Of a stretch of 64,000 nucleotides of DNA, positions 22,189-31,602 are shown in pieces. Made by a program: the position numbers and the translations under genes. The DNA comes from a candidate division WOR-3 bacterium (GTDB lineage: Bacteria; Hydrothermota; Hydrothermia; LBFQ01). Numbering within the stretch: position 1 is the first letter of the stretch; each line of letters opens with the position of its first letter. A model generated the notes under the pieces. The model was not told where the DNA came from. It made no database searches and saw only the letters and a program-made list of their open reading frames with translations. The DNA is taken from assembly GCA_027050205.1 (NCBI GenBank), contig JALUCS010000132.1, forward strand, positions 1 through 64,000. The letters run 5' to 3'.

Positions 22189-22767
22189 TTAGGCCCCAAG
22201 GAACAGGGCCTTTAGCCCCTCCACTATCATCTTCACGGCGTAGGCGGAGAGGATTATCATAAAGACCTTGGAGATGGCCGTCGACCCTCCCCTGCCGAGG
22301 AGGCGGAGGAGTAGGTTCGCGTTCAGGAGGGCCAGGGAGGTTATGAGGATGTTGGCCGCCATAGCGAGGATGGTGTTCAGGTGGCCTACCGTCCCTATCA
22401 GGCTTAGGGCGGTGGTGAGGACGGCTGGACCTACGATTAGGGGTATGCCGATGGGTACCAGACCGAGGTCCTCCGTGTGCCTCTTGAAGCCCTCACCGGA
22501 GAGGAGGTCCCGAACGGAGAGGACGAGGAGGAGGATTCCCCCACCGACCCTGAAGTGGTCCGGGGTGATGCTGAAGAGCCTGAAGACGTAGTCTCCAAGG
22601 AGGATGAAACCCTCCGAAACGACGAGAGCGAAGATGGCCGACTGGAGTACGATCCTCCGCTGGGCCTTCTCGCTTAGGTCTCCGGCCAAGGCTATGAAGG
22701 TGGGAATTATGCCGAGTACGTCCACGGCGATGAATATGGACACGAAGGCCCGTAGGAAACCCTCCAT
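22189..22767 (-). CDS. MarC family membrane protein
   Basis: F...D..G.IP.F, FRVGGGILL, VP..IPL.VGP motifs. Confidence 0.92.
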   Translation of the reverse strand: MEGFLRAFVSIFIAVDVLGIIPTFIALAGDLSEKAQRRIVLQSAIFALVVSEGFILLGDYVFRLFSITPDHFRVGGGILLLVLSVRDLLSGEGFKRHTEDLGLVPIGIPLIVGPAVLTTALSLIGTVGHLNTILAMAANILITSLALLNANLLLRLLGRGGSTAISKVFMIILSAYAVKMIVEGLKALFLGA

Positions 22768-22827
22768 AGGAAGCCGCCGATTCTACGGGTGCCTACCCTC
22801 CCGGCTCCAGATTTAAAATAGGGGGTT

Positions 22828-23373
22828 ATGGCGCACTCCCTCGTGGGTTTAACCTTCAGACCGTCGGACCCGGACTCCTCTCCGGTCTATGCCCGCCTTG
22901 AGAAGAAGAGGGGAAGGATACACTTCTTGGAGGTCGGCGTCCTCCCCGAATGGGAGGCCATATCCTCCGTAGGGGACGTCAAACGGGTGGCCCTGAACTT
23001 CCTCTACGTACCCGACGGGTTCTACAGGCCCCCGAAGTTCCGTCTGGAGATGTACGTGGATACGACCACCTCCGTAATCAAAGGGATGGAGAGGTTGGGT
23101 TTGGAGGTCGTTCCCGTATATACGTACGGCTTCTACACCAGGGACGGGGCCGTACCCTCCAAGAGTACCCTCGCCGGTCTAAGGGAGAGGTTCTCCCGGA
23201 TAAACGACTACGTCACCGGCCTAAGGCACTTCCGTCTATTGGACTACGACTGGAGGGTCCAACCTTCGGACGTACTGGACGCTATGGCCACAGCCTTGGT
23301 CCTCCACTTCCTGGACGTGGGTAGGGGGTACTTCGTTGAGGTGGGGGGTCTAAAGGTCTTCGTACCGAGGTAG
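22828..23373 (+). CDS. Hypothetical protein, possibly degenerate DUF429-like RNase H fold
   Basis: Host codon usage; TAAAAT upstream; D.LDA...A motif near the C-terminus. Confidence 0.55.
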   Translation: MAHSLVGLTFRPSDPDSSPVYARLEKKRGRIHFLEVGVLPEWEAISSVGDVKRVALNFLYVPDGFYRPPKFRLEMYVDTTTSVIKGMERLGLEVVPVYTYGFYTRDGAVPSKSTLAGLRERFSRINDYVTGLRHFRLLDYDWRVQPSDVLDAMATALVLHFLDVGRGYFVEVGGLKVFVPR

Positions 23374-23375
23374 GG

Positions 23376-23843
23376 ATGGAGATACGGGAGGAGAGCGACA
23401 GGAGGGGGGCGGAGGTAATTGAGGAGCTGTCCGCAAGGGTGTTTGACAGGTACCTCCGGTGGGACAGGTACTCCGTCCTCCTATACGTGAAGGTTGGGGG
23501 GAAGATCTTCGTCGCCCGTGAGGGGGGTACCGCCCTCGGCGGGGCCTTCCTCCGTAGGATGGGGGACGGTCTTTGGGAGTTGACCCTGATAGGGGTCTTC
23601 CCGGAGTACAGAGGTAGGGGGGTAGGTAAGGCCCTGATGGAGAGGATCCTGGAGGAAGTTCCGGGGGAGATATACCTGCACGTGGAGGCCGAGAATGCTC
23701 CAGCCATAAACCTCTACCTCTCCTTCGGCTTTGAGAAGGTGCGAAAGATAAGCCGGTTCTACTCCACGGGTGAGGACGCCTACCTGATGGTGTTGAAACG
23801 GACACCGAGGCGTCCGGCGAAGGCCTCCGAGGCCTCTGGGTGA
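23376..23843 (+). CDS. GNAT N-acetyltransferase (RimI-like)
   Basis: V.PEYRGRGVGK.L, LHV...N..AI.LY..FGF, FY..GEDAY.M. Confidence 0.9.
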   Translation: MEIREESDRRGAEVIEELSARVFDRYLRWDRYSVLLYVKVGGKIFVAREGGTALGGAFLRRMGDGLWELTLIGVFPEYRGRGVGKALMERILEEVPGEIYLHVEAENAPAINLYLSFGFEKVRKISRFYSTGEDAYLMVLKRTPRRPAKASEASG

Positions 23844-25156
23844 TCCTTCCGGTAATGCACCCCCCTGCTCTCCTCCCTCCACAGGGCGGCCTCAAGGATG
23901 GCCCTGGCGAGGTTCCCCAGTCCCCCTATACCCTCCAGCCTCTCAATTCCCTCGCGGAGGCTCCTTTCTTCCCTCTCAACACCGGCCACCTCCTCAAGTG
24001 TGTCCCTTACGAGATCCAGATTCTCATCACCCTCCACGTAGTCTATTACCCTCTCGTCCATAAAGCCGAAGGTCGGCCACTCGGAGACGTCGTTCTCTAT
24101 ATCTATGGCCACCCTGTACCCGAAGACCAGAGCCTCAAGGAGGGAGTTGGAGGCGAGGCGGTTGGCGCCGTGCGCCCCGGTGGCGGAACATTCCCCCACC
24201 GCCCAAAGCCCCCGGAGGTTGGTCCTACCCCATACGTCCGTCCTTACTCCACCGATACTGTAGTGGGCGGCCGGTGAGACCGGTATCCTCTCCCCGTACC
24301 TCTCGTACAGCCTCCTAGCAACGGGGAACCTCTCCATCGGGACCTTGCTTAGGTCCAGATAAACCGGGCCGTACCTCCTCCGGTGGTTGTGTATGGCCCT
24401 CGCCACTACGTCCCTCGGAAGGAGGGGATTGATTATGTCCCTACCCTCCTCGTCTACCAACCTCGCTCCAGCTCCCCGTAGGGCCTCCGTCAGGAGGACG
24501 GGGGGATCCGTCAGGCTAACCGTGGGATGGAACTGGACGAACTCCAGGTCCGTCAAATAGGCCCCCGCCCTCGCCGCCATCAGGATACCGTACCCGACGC
24601 TTCCGGATGGGTTGCTCGTCCTCCTCCAGAGGGCGGCGTACCCTCCGGTGGCCAATACTACGGCGTCCGCCTCAACCTCCCTCCCGTCCTCCAGTCTGAC
24701 ACCTACAACCCTACCTCCCTCGGTGAGGAGTTCCCTAACGTAAGCCTCCACCCTCTCAACCCTCCCCTCCACCTTCTCCTCAAGGAACTCCATCAGGCGG
24801 CGGCCCGTCTCGTCCCCCGTATTCCACACCCTCGGAAAGGAGTGGCCCCCCTCCAGGTGGGGTCTCGGATTGAAGCGGAAACCCATCTGGATCAACTTGT
24901 TTACCACCATCGGGCCGTAGTGGACCAGGACCATCGCCGCCCTCTTGTCGTTGAAGTGCGCCCCCGCCTTAAGGGTGTCCTCGTAATGCACTAGGGGGCT
25001 GTCATGAGGGTCCAGGGCGGCGGCTATACCCCCTTGCGCCCAGAAGGTGTTGGCACGGGAGGGGTCCCTGGGGGCAACGAGGATAACTTCAACCTTGCGG
25101 AAGCTCAAGGACGTCCATAAGCCGGCTATACCTCCGCCTACTACGACTACCCTCAA
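23780..25156 (-). CDS. nadB: L-aspartate oxidase
   Basis: GGGIAGL, WAQGGIAA, EGGHS..R, EFVQFHPT, TEALRG.G, PAAHY..GG, HGANRLASNSLLE, ESRGVH. Confidence 0.93.
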   Translation of the reverse strand: MRVVVVGGGIAGLWTSLSFRKVEVILVAPRDPSRANTFWAQGGIAAALDPHDSPLVHYEDTLKAGAHFNDKRAAMVLVHYGPMVVNKLIQMGFRFNPRPHLEGGHSFPRVWNTGDETGRRLMEFLEEKVEGRVERVEAYVRELLTEGGRVVGVRLEDGREVEADAVVLATGGYAALWRRTSNPSGSVGYGILMAARAGAYLTDLEFVQFHPTVSLTDPPVLLTEALRGAGARLVDEEGRDIINPLLPRDVVARAIHNHRRRYGPVYLDLSKVPMERFPVARRLYERYGERIPVSPAAHYSIGGVRTDVWGRTNLRGLWAVGECSATGAHGANRLASNSLLEALVFGYRVAIDIENDVSEWPTFGFMDERVIDYVEGDENLDLVRDTLEEVAGVEREERSLREGIERLEGIGGLGNLARAILEAALWREESRGVHYRKDHPEASEAFAGRLGVRFNTIR

Positions 25157-25165
25157 GGGAGTATT

Positions 25166-25660
25166 CTACTTCAGGACGACCTTTGAAATGGCTCGGTGGT
25201 CCATCACCCTCCTAACGTAGCCCGTGTCTTCCCGCCGGTCCTCAAAGCCGAGGGTGGGGAGTCCCCTCGCCCAGAGTTCCCTCAAGGGAACCATAACGAA
25301 GGACCTCAAATGCATCCGGGGGTGGGGGACCGTCAAGACGGGGGAGGTCAAGGTGAGGCCTTCGTACAGGAGGAGGTCGGCGTCAAAGGGGCGGGGGGAG
25401 TATCCGGAGGTACCTTCCACCCTGCCGAGGATACGTTCAACGTACTTCAGGTACTGGAAGAGGGAAAAGGGGTTGCCATCGCAACGGACCAAGAGGACGG
25501 CGTTGAGAAAGGGACGGGAGGAGAAACCCCAGGCCTCCGTCAGGTAGATGGAGGAGAGGGCCACCACCGGACACCTCAAGCCTATCAGCCTCATCCCCCT
25601 AAGCAGGTTTAAGGTCCTGTCCCCCTCGTTCCCACCTATCCCGACGTATGCCAACCTCAT
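25166..25660 (-). CDS. folK: 2-amino-4-hydroxy-6-hydroxymethyldihydropteridine pyrophosphokinase
   Basis: AY.G.G.N.G, SSIY.T, FLNAV, E..LGR, PR..D.DLL, L.VPHPRM..R.FV..PL. Confidence 0.93.
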   Translation of the reverse strand: MRLAYVGIGGNEGDRTLNLLRGMRLIGLRCPVVALSSIYLTEAWGFSSRPFLNAVLLVRCDGNPFSLFQYLKYVERILGRVEGTSGYSPRPFDADLLLYEGLTLTSPVLTVPHPRMHLRSFVMVPLRELWARGLPTLGFEDRREDTGYVRRVMDHRAISKVVLK

Positions 25661-25704
25661 ACACCCAACATTCTACGGGCAAGGGGCGTAGAATACCCTC
25701 TTCC

Positions 25705-26439
25705 GTGTTTGCGCTGCCCATAATAGGACTGGTCGCCGGTTTCGTAGGCTCCCTCCTCGGTCTCGGTGGGGGGGTGGTGGTGGTCCCGTCCCTCATCCTC
25801 ATCGGTTTCCCCGTGAAGTCGGCGGTTATGCTGAGCATATTCGTCACCATCGCCACGTGGTCTATGGCCTCCGAGAAGTACCTGAAGTCGGCGTTGGTGG
25901 ACTTTCGGGTGGCCTTCGTCCTCGGCCTCGGAACCTCCTTGGGCGCCCTCTTCGGCTCCCGCATCCTCACCTTCGTACCCGACAGGCTCATCCTCGTCCT
26001 GTTCCTGGTGATGCTCGGCTTTATAGGGGTGTCCAACTTGATGGCGAAGGACGTAGGGCGTACGGACTTCCGGCTATCGCCCTTGAGGCTCGTAGGGGCC
26101 TTCTCCTTTATGCTCTTAGCCGGTGTAATGTCGGCCATACTCGGTATAGGTGCCGGGGTCTTCAAGGTTTTCGCTATGGACAGGATACTCCGTATGCCCT
26201 ACCGTATGGCTACGGCCACCAGTATGTTCCTCATCGGTATAACGGCCTCCACCTCCGCCCTCTACTACGGGAGTATGCCGGACTTCTCCCCCCGTACGGT
26301 GGCCTTCGTGGCCATAGGCACCTTAACGGGCGCCTTCATCGGCTCCCGGCTTATGCTCCGACTTCCCGTAAGGATCCTGCGGGTGGCCTTCACCCTCGTC
26401 GTAGTCCTCCTCGCCCTCTCCCTCCTCTTGAGGGTATGA
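25705..26439 (+). CDS. Sulfite exporter TauE/SafE family permease
   Basis: G.L.GLGGG...VP.L and second-repeat LGIG.G...V..M, A.ATS.F; start moved to GTG 25705 (TAGAAT upstream). Confidence 0.85.
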   Translation: MFALPIIGLVAGFVGSLLGLGGGVVVVPSLILIGFPVKSAVMLSIFVTIATWSMASEKYLKSALVDFRVAFVLGLGTSLGALFGSRILTFVPDRLILVLFLVMLGFIGVSNLMAKDVGRTDFRLSPLRLVGAFSFMLLAGVMSAILGIGAGVFKVFAMDRILRMPYRMATATSMFLIGITASTSALYYGSMPDFSPRTVAFVAIGTLTGAFIGSRLMLRLPVRILRVAFTLVVVLLALSLLLRV

Positions 26440-26500
26440 CCGCCTCCCACCCTCTGCTTCTCCAGTATAATGCCACCCTGCCTTTGAAAAGGAGGAGAAA

Positions 26501-27871
26501 ATGATAGGTCTGCTCGTAGCATCCGGCTTTAGGCTTTCCTTCGGAACGCAGAGCTTCGCCATAGGTGGAGTGAACTACACCCTCGTGGGGGACTACAGCG
26601 CCATATACTGGAACCCCTCCCGCCTCTCGGATCAGCGCAACTCCTTCGGGCTGGACCTCCTGACGATAGCCCCGATGGCGAAGTACAGGATGAACACCAA
26701 CCTTCTGGGGTACGATGGCGGGTACCCCCGTATAAAGGACAACACGGCCTACAGCGAATCCCCACCCTTCCTGATCCCGTCCCTCGGTTTCGTTATGTAT
26801 GGGGAGAGCTTCACGTGGGGGTTCGCTGCCTTCGCCCCCTTCGGTATGGGGACCCGCTGGGACCTGTACGACCCTCCGATAAACTACTACAACTCTTACG
26901 ATAGCACCTGGGAGGCCCCCTCCTATCCGAAGTACGATTGGGAGTCCGACTTCAAGTCCCTGGCCCTGTGGTTCGGCTTCGGTAAGGAGTTGGGTCCCTT
27001 CCGGGTCGGTCTCTCCGCCGGCCCCGTCCTGATGTCCATCCTCGTCAGGAAGGTGACCCTCCTGGACCCCGCCTCCATAGACCCGGAGGCGGCGAGCGCC
27101 CCCATAGAGTACCGCCTCTGGCCCATAGACACCAAACTGAAGGCCTACGGCCTATCCTTCGGTGGGGCCTTCGGCCTTACCTCCTACATCGGGGAGACCT
27201 TCACCTTCGCCCTAACCGGCCACTACTACATCCCCACCCACCTGTACGGCCAGGCCAAGCTCCAACTCTTCACCCCCCGGAACGACTACATAGTGGAGAA
27301 CGCCCCGGACCTCGCGATGCTCTTCAGCGGGTACATCTTTCAGGGGAGCGGTGAGGGGAGTACGAGCCTACCCCTCCCTCCGGACGTTGGCCTCGGTTTC
27401 GCCTTCCGTCCCGTCAAGATGTTCACCGTATCCGTCGGGATGAACTACGTGTTCTGGAACGTCCTTGACGAGATAGTGATGGACTTTGACGACCTGACCC
27501 TCCTGTACCAGCAGATAAAGAGCGACACCCTCCAGTTTCACTGGCACAACGTGATAGAGGTGGGCGTGGGTACGAAGCTTGACGTAACGGACTGGCTGTC
27601 CCTCCGCTTTGGCTTCGCCTACGACCAGTCCCCCGTACCCGACAGCACCTTCACCCCCCTGATCCCGGACGTGGGCAACCGCATAGGGGTCTCCGGAGGC
27701 TTGAGCTGGAGCGTAGGGGACTTCTGGACCTACCACCTCTCCTACACCTACACCCAGACCCCGGAGAGGGAGATCTCCAACGAGGGCTACAGGTACGACG
27801 CCACCTACATGCCCGGAACCTACAGGTTCAAGGGCCACCTCGTAAGCGTCGGCTTGACCTACAGGTGGTAG
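26501..27871 (+). CDS. FadL/OmpP1-type outer-membrane beta-barrel transporter
   Basis: SGF start, A.GG......D.SA.YWNP, APFG, LR.G.AYD.SP, P..PD..R, aromatic C-terminus; SD AGGAGG. Confidence 0.88.
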   Translation: MIGLLVASGFRLSFGTQSFAIGGVNYTLVGDYSAIYWNPSRLSDQRNSFGLDLLTIAPMAKYRMNTNLLGYDGGYPRIKDNTAYSESPPFLIPSLGFVMYGESFTWGFAAFAPFGMGTRWDLYDPPINYYNSYDSTWEAPSYPKYDWESDFKSLALWFGFGKELGPFRVGLSAGPVLMSILVRKVTLLDPASIDPEAASAPIEYRLWPIDTKLKAYGLSFGGAFGLTSYIGETFTFALTGHYYIPTHLYGQAKLQLFTPRNDYIVENAPDLAMLFSGYIFQGSGEGSTSLPLPPDVGLGFAFRPVKMFTVSVGMNYVFWNVLDEIVMDFDDLTLLYQQIKSDTLQFHWHNVIEVGVGTKLDVTDWLSLRFGFAYDQSPVPDSTFTPLIPDVGNRIGVSGGLSWSVGDFWTYHLSYTYTQTPEREISNEGYRYDATYMPGTYRFKGHLVSVGLTYRW

Positions 27872-27889
27872 CAGCCGTAAAATGGGGGC

Positions 27890-29425
27890 GTGCATCTACT
27901 CCTCGCCCTGACGGGGGTTAGGTACCTCTACGCCCCCTTTGACGACCTCAACGGATGGGGGGGCAACGGTTGGAGGGTGGATAGCTCTCTCCCCTATCCC
28001 CCTCCGGGAGACGGAACCTTCGCCGTAAGTGAGGGGGACGGCGGCGTGTCTGATACCCTCATCTCTCCGGCCATCGCCCTTTGGCCATCCCCCGACACCC
28101 TGTGGCTCACCTACTCCTACTCCTTCGCCGCCACCTACACCGGCGATACGGGCAAGGTCTTGGTGAGGTTCCGTTCGGGCAGTTGGGGGGGATGGACGGT
28201 CCTAAGGAGCCTCTCCTCCACCTCCCGTGGCACAGATACGGTCCCCCTCCCCGTTGGTGGGGATAGCCTCCAGGTGGCCTTCACGTACTCGGCTCCGGGA
28301 CCTTCCCTCTACTTCGCCGTAGATGAGGTGTCGGTGGAGGGTGTGGTACGGCTGGGGGTGGATTGGGAGGCTGCCTCCATTCTGACCCCTCCCTACACCT
28401 TCGTGGATAGTGCCGTAATCGTGGGGTACAGGGTCAGGAACAACGGAGAGGCGACGGATACGGCTACGGTTTTCTACGGTGTAGTGGACGGCCCCTCCCA
28501 CAGCACCCCCGTGGTCCTCCCACCCGGAGGGGATACCGTACTGCGGCTACCGGTCTCCTCGTCCGTTCCCGGCTACATCCCCCTGTTCCTGATAGTCTCT
28601 GCCCCGTCCGATACCTTCAACTCTAACGACACCCTCACCCTCCATCTAAGGACCTATCCCAACCCGGAGTACCAACTCCTCGCCAGGTATGCCCCCCCAC
28701 CCCTGATAGACGGCTACGTCCTGTCGGGAACGACCTACCTACCCCCTTGGGACTCCGCTCCGAGGGTACCTGCAGGGGCGTGGTTGGACGGCTCACCTAT
28801 CGGCTCCTGCGTCCTCCTCGCCGCCTCCGATGGCACCTACCTGTACCTCGCCCTGGTCACGTCGGCCGACACCTACTTGGACCCCCTTGACGCCGTACTT
28901 ATGGCCATAGACGACAACGGGGACGGTACCTGGGCCTCGGACTCCTCCGAGGGGTGGAACCTCCTGCGGCCTCCGGCTTGGTACGTTTCCCCCTCACCGG
29001 GGGTGGTACCCTTCTCTTTGAGGGAGGATTTGGGTAGCCGCTTCGCCTTCCACTACGACCCATCCCAGGCCTACAAGGTACAGGTGGAGTGGGCTGTGCG
29101 CTTGGGCGGGGAACCGGACCCGGCCTCCATTCCGGATGACAGGGACACCCTCCGCGCGGCCGTACTGTTTGAGGACGGCGAGGACGGTAAGGTGGTGTGC
29201 CGGTGGCCCCAGACCTCGGATCCCTCCTCTCCCCTCACCTTCGGCTCCATAGTCTTGGAGAGGGGGACGGGCATAGACGAAGTCAGACGTAGGCCCGTAG
29301 GAACGGGGAGATTGAGGGTCTACTCCGTCTCCGGCAGGTACCTGGGAGGAAAGACGGAGGGACTTCCTCCCGGCGTGTATTTCCTGTACGACGGTGTTAG
29401 GGTGCGTAAGTTGGTGGTGCGATGA
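27890..29425 (+). CDS. Secreted beta-rich protein with Ig/CARDB-like and DOMON-like regions and a T9SS-CTD-like tail
   Basis: V.N.G.....V Ig-like stretch; P.IDG....W and LYLA; tail GIDE...VYSVSGR...LPPGVYF...RKLVVR. Confidence 0.65.
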   Translation: MHLLLALTGVRYLYAPFDDLNGWGGNGWRVDSSLPYPPPGDGTFAVSEGDGGVSDTLISPAIALWPSPDTLWLTYSYSFAATYTGDTGKVLVRFRSGSWGGWTVLRSLSSTSRGTDTVPLPVGGDSLQVAFTYSAPGPSLYFAVDEVSVEGVVRLGVDWEAASILTPPYTFVDSAVIVGYRVRNNGEATDTATVFYGVVDGPSHSTPVVLPPGGDTVLRLPVSSSVPGYIPLFLIVSAPSDTFNSNDTLTLHLRTYPNPEYQLLARYAPPPLIDGYVLSGTTYLPPWDSAPRVPAGAWLDGSPIGSCVLLAASDGTYLYLALVTSADTYLDPLDAVLMAIDDNGDGTWASDSSEGWNLLRPPAWYVSPSPGVVPFSLREDLGSRFAFHYDPSQAYKVQVEWAVRLGGEPDPASIPDDRDTLRAAVLFEDGEDGKVVCRWPQTSDPSSPLTFGSIVLERGTGIDEVRRRPVGTGRLRVYSVSGRYLGGKTEGLPPGVYFLYDGVRVRKLVVR

Positions 29426-29427
29426 GT

Positions 29428-31191
29428 TCAGAGGAGGTCCTCCCTCTTTACCTCAACGAGAAAGTTCCGGACCTTCACCTTAACCCTGTCCCCCTCCACC
29501 TTAACCACCTTCCCCTTAACGCCGAGCGACTTTACGAAGTACTCCTCCCCCTCCCTCACCTCCCTCTTAGGTGTCACCTCCTCAAGGATGTCGTAGGCCC
29601 GCCTGACGTCCCTCCTCTCCGACAGGGCCGCCCTTATCTCCCTCAAGGCCCTCCTGACCTCCTCCCTCTCCCTGTCCAACTTCCGGAGTTTCCTCTCGTA
29701 CTCCTCCTTCAACCTGACGATGTAGGACGGTACCTCCTTCAGCAGCTCTTCGGCGTAGGACACGATCTCCGGGGGTAGGAAGGCCCTCGCCGTACGCAGC
29801 CCTCCGCTCTCCCCCACCTTTCCGGGGACGAGTTTGTAGTTCTCTACCGTCGCTACGGTGAAGAACTCGGAGGTTTTGGCGAGGAGCTTGAGGGTGGAGA
29901 AGTGGGTACTCATCAGGATGTGGACCCCCCTGTCGCTGAAGAACTTGGCGACGCTGTAGGCCAGAACGGAGGCCTCGTCGGGGTCTGTGGAGGCGAACAC
30001 CTCGTCAAAGAGGACGACGTCCCCCCCCTCGGCGTTGGCCACTATCTCCTTCAGGTGCTGAAGTTCGCTCGTGAAGTTGGATAGGCCCGCCCTGACGTCC
30101 CCCTCCGCCTCAAACCCCAACATATACACCGAGGCCCCATCCGGGACCTCCACCTCGTCGGCGGGGACGGGGATGCCCATAGAGGCCATAAGGACGGCGA
30201 AGGCCACCGTGCGAAGGGCGACGGTCTTACCCCCGGCGTTCGGGCCGGTTATGAGGAGGGCGAACCTGTCCATCTCCAGATCCAGCGGTACCACCTTCCC
30301 CCTCTTCACCCTGTAGAGGACCGGCTCCCTCGCCCCTAAGAGGCGGAGCCTCCTGCCGAACTTGGGGATGGTGGCCTTGAAATCTACGGCGAAGCGGGCG
30401 CGGGCGAAGAGGCTGTCTAACCTTCCGACGCTCTCGTAAAGTCTCCTTATCAGGTCTATGCTCCGTATGGCCCTTGAAGAGAGGGCCTTGATGACGCGGG
30501 CCTCGTACTCCCTTATCTGGTCCTCCACCTGCACTAAGGCGTTCTGGACGGGTACGACCTCGTAAGGCTCAACGAATATGGTCTCCGTCGTGGCGGAGTA
30601 GCCGTGGACTATGCCGTCAATCTTGTAGTTGGATATGACGGCGAGGGAGAGCCTACCCCCCTTTATGACCGGTTGCCTCTCCCGGAGTTTTTCCTGGTGC
30701 CTCCTTATCAGGTCGGCGTACAGGGCCAGGAGCCTCTCACGGAGCTCGTTCCGTTTCCTTATCAGGTCGGCGAGGGTGGAGTGCCTGTCCGTCCTCACCT
30801 CCCCCGATGGCGATAGGTTCTCCTTGATGTCCCTGGAGAGGCGGAGGAGGTGGGTGGGTACGTTGATGTGGCGGGCGAGCCTGTTGGAGTGTATCCTCTC
30901 CCTCAACTCCAAGACCTTATCCACGAACCGGGCTATCAGGACGAGCTTCTCACCGTTTAGGGTGCCGTACCTCTCAAGGTAGGAGAAGACCTCGGAGACG
31001 TCCGGGATCTGGGGGAAGGAGAGGGACATCCCCCTCTCGTACTCCGAGAGTATGAGGGCAACGTCCGATAGGTCCGCCTTGGCACGGGAGTAGTCGGGCT
31101 TGAGGGAATAGACCGCTCTCTCCCCTACGGCCGTGGAGGAGTATCCGGCTACGAGGTCCAGTATCTCCTTCCGTACCTTCTCCCGCGCCAT
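29428..31191 (-). CDS. mutS2: MutS2-family ATPase, short form lacking the Smr domain
   Basis: GIVHG.S.T..T.FVEP, ITGPNAGGKT, LS.F, LFDE...TDP.E, STH; ends in a KOW-like domain. Confidence 0.85.
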   Translation of the reverse strand: MAREKVRKEILDLVAGYSSTAVGERAVYSLKPDYSRAKADLSDVALILSEYERGMSLSFPQIPDVSEVFSYLERYGTLNGEKLVLIARFVDKVLELRERIHSNRLARHINVPTHLLRLSRDIKENLSPSGEVRTDRHSTLADLIRKRNELRERLLALYADLIRRHQEKLRERQPVIKGGRLSLAVISNYKIDGIVHGYSATTETIFVEPYEVVPVQNALVQVEDQIREYEARVIKALSSRAIRSIDLIRRLYESVGRLDSLFARARFAVDFKATIPKFGRRLRLLGAREPVLYRVKRGKVVPLDLEMDRFALLITGPNAGGKTVALRTVAFAVLMASMGIPVPADEVEVPDGASVYMLGFEAEGDVRAGLSNFTSELQHLKEIVANAEGGDVVLFDEVFASTDPDEASVLAYSVAKFFSDRGVHILMSTHFSTLKLLAKTSEFFTVATVENYKLVPGKVGESGGLRTARAFLPPEIVSYAEELLKEVPSYIVRLKEEYERKLRKLDREREEVRRALREIRAALSERRDVRRAYDILEEVTPKREVREGEEYFVKSLGVKGKVVKVEGDRVKVKVRNFLVEVKREDLL

Positions 31192-31192
31192 C

Positions 31193-31591
31193 CTAACGCC
31201 CTTCGGGGGGGCTGACGAAGACCTTTACGTCCTTTACGACGACGTCCCCCGCCCTCTTGAAGTGCAGGATGAGGGTAAAGGTCTTCCCCTCCGATAGGGT
31301 CTCCTTCAGTCCTATCAGCATAACGTGGTACCCGCCGGGTTTGAACTCCACCTTTCCCTTAGGCGGTACGACTACGAAGGGTACGTGCCTCATCCCCAAC
31401 TTGCCGTTCCCGGCGTCGTAGGTCTCGTGGAGCTCCACCCTCCGGGCGATGTCCTCCTTGACCGACGCACCGTAGAGGGTGTCTGGCCTGTTGGAGTCGT
31501 TCTCTATTACGAAGTAGGCGGCGGAGTTCCCCCCCTTCATTCCGGGCCTCGCCCAGGCGTTGGAAACCGTCAGTCCCAAGAGCAGGAGCAT
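31193..31591 (-). CDS. Copper chaperone PCu(A)C
   Basis: AWAR, SAAYF.I.N, VELHET, M, F.PGGYHVML.GL. Confidence 0.92.
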   Translation of the reverse strand: MLLLLGLTVSNAWARPGMKGGNSAAYFVIENDSNRPDTLYGASVKEDIARRVELHETYDAGNGKLGMRHVPFVVVPPKGKVEFKPGGYHVMLIGLKETLSEGKTFTLILHFKRAGDVVVKDVKVFVSPPEGR

Positions 31592-31602
31592 GCTCCGGTA
31601 TT

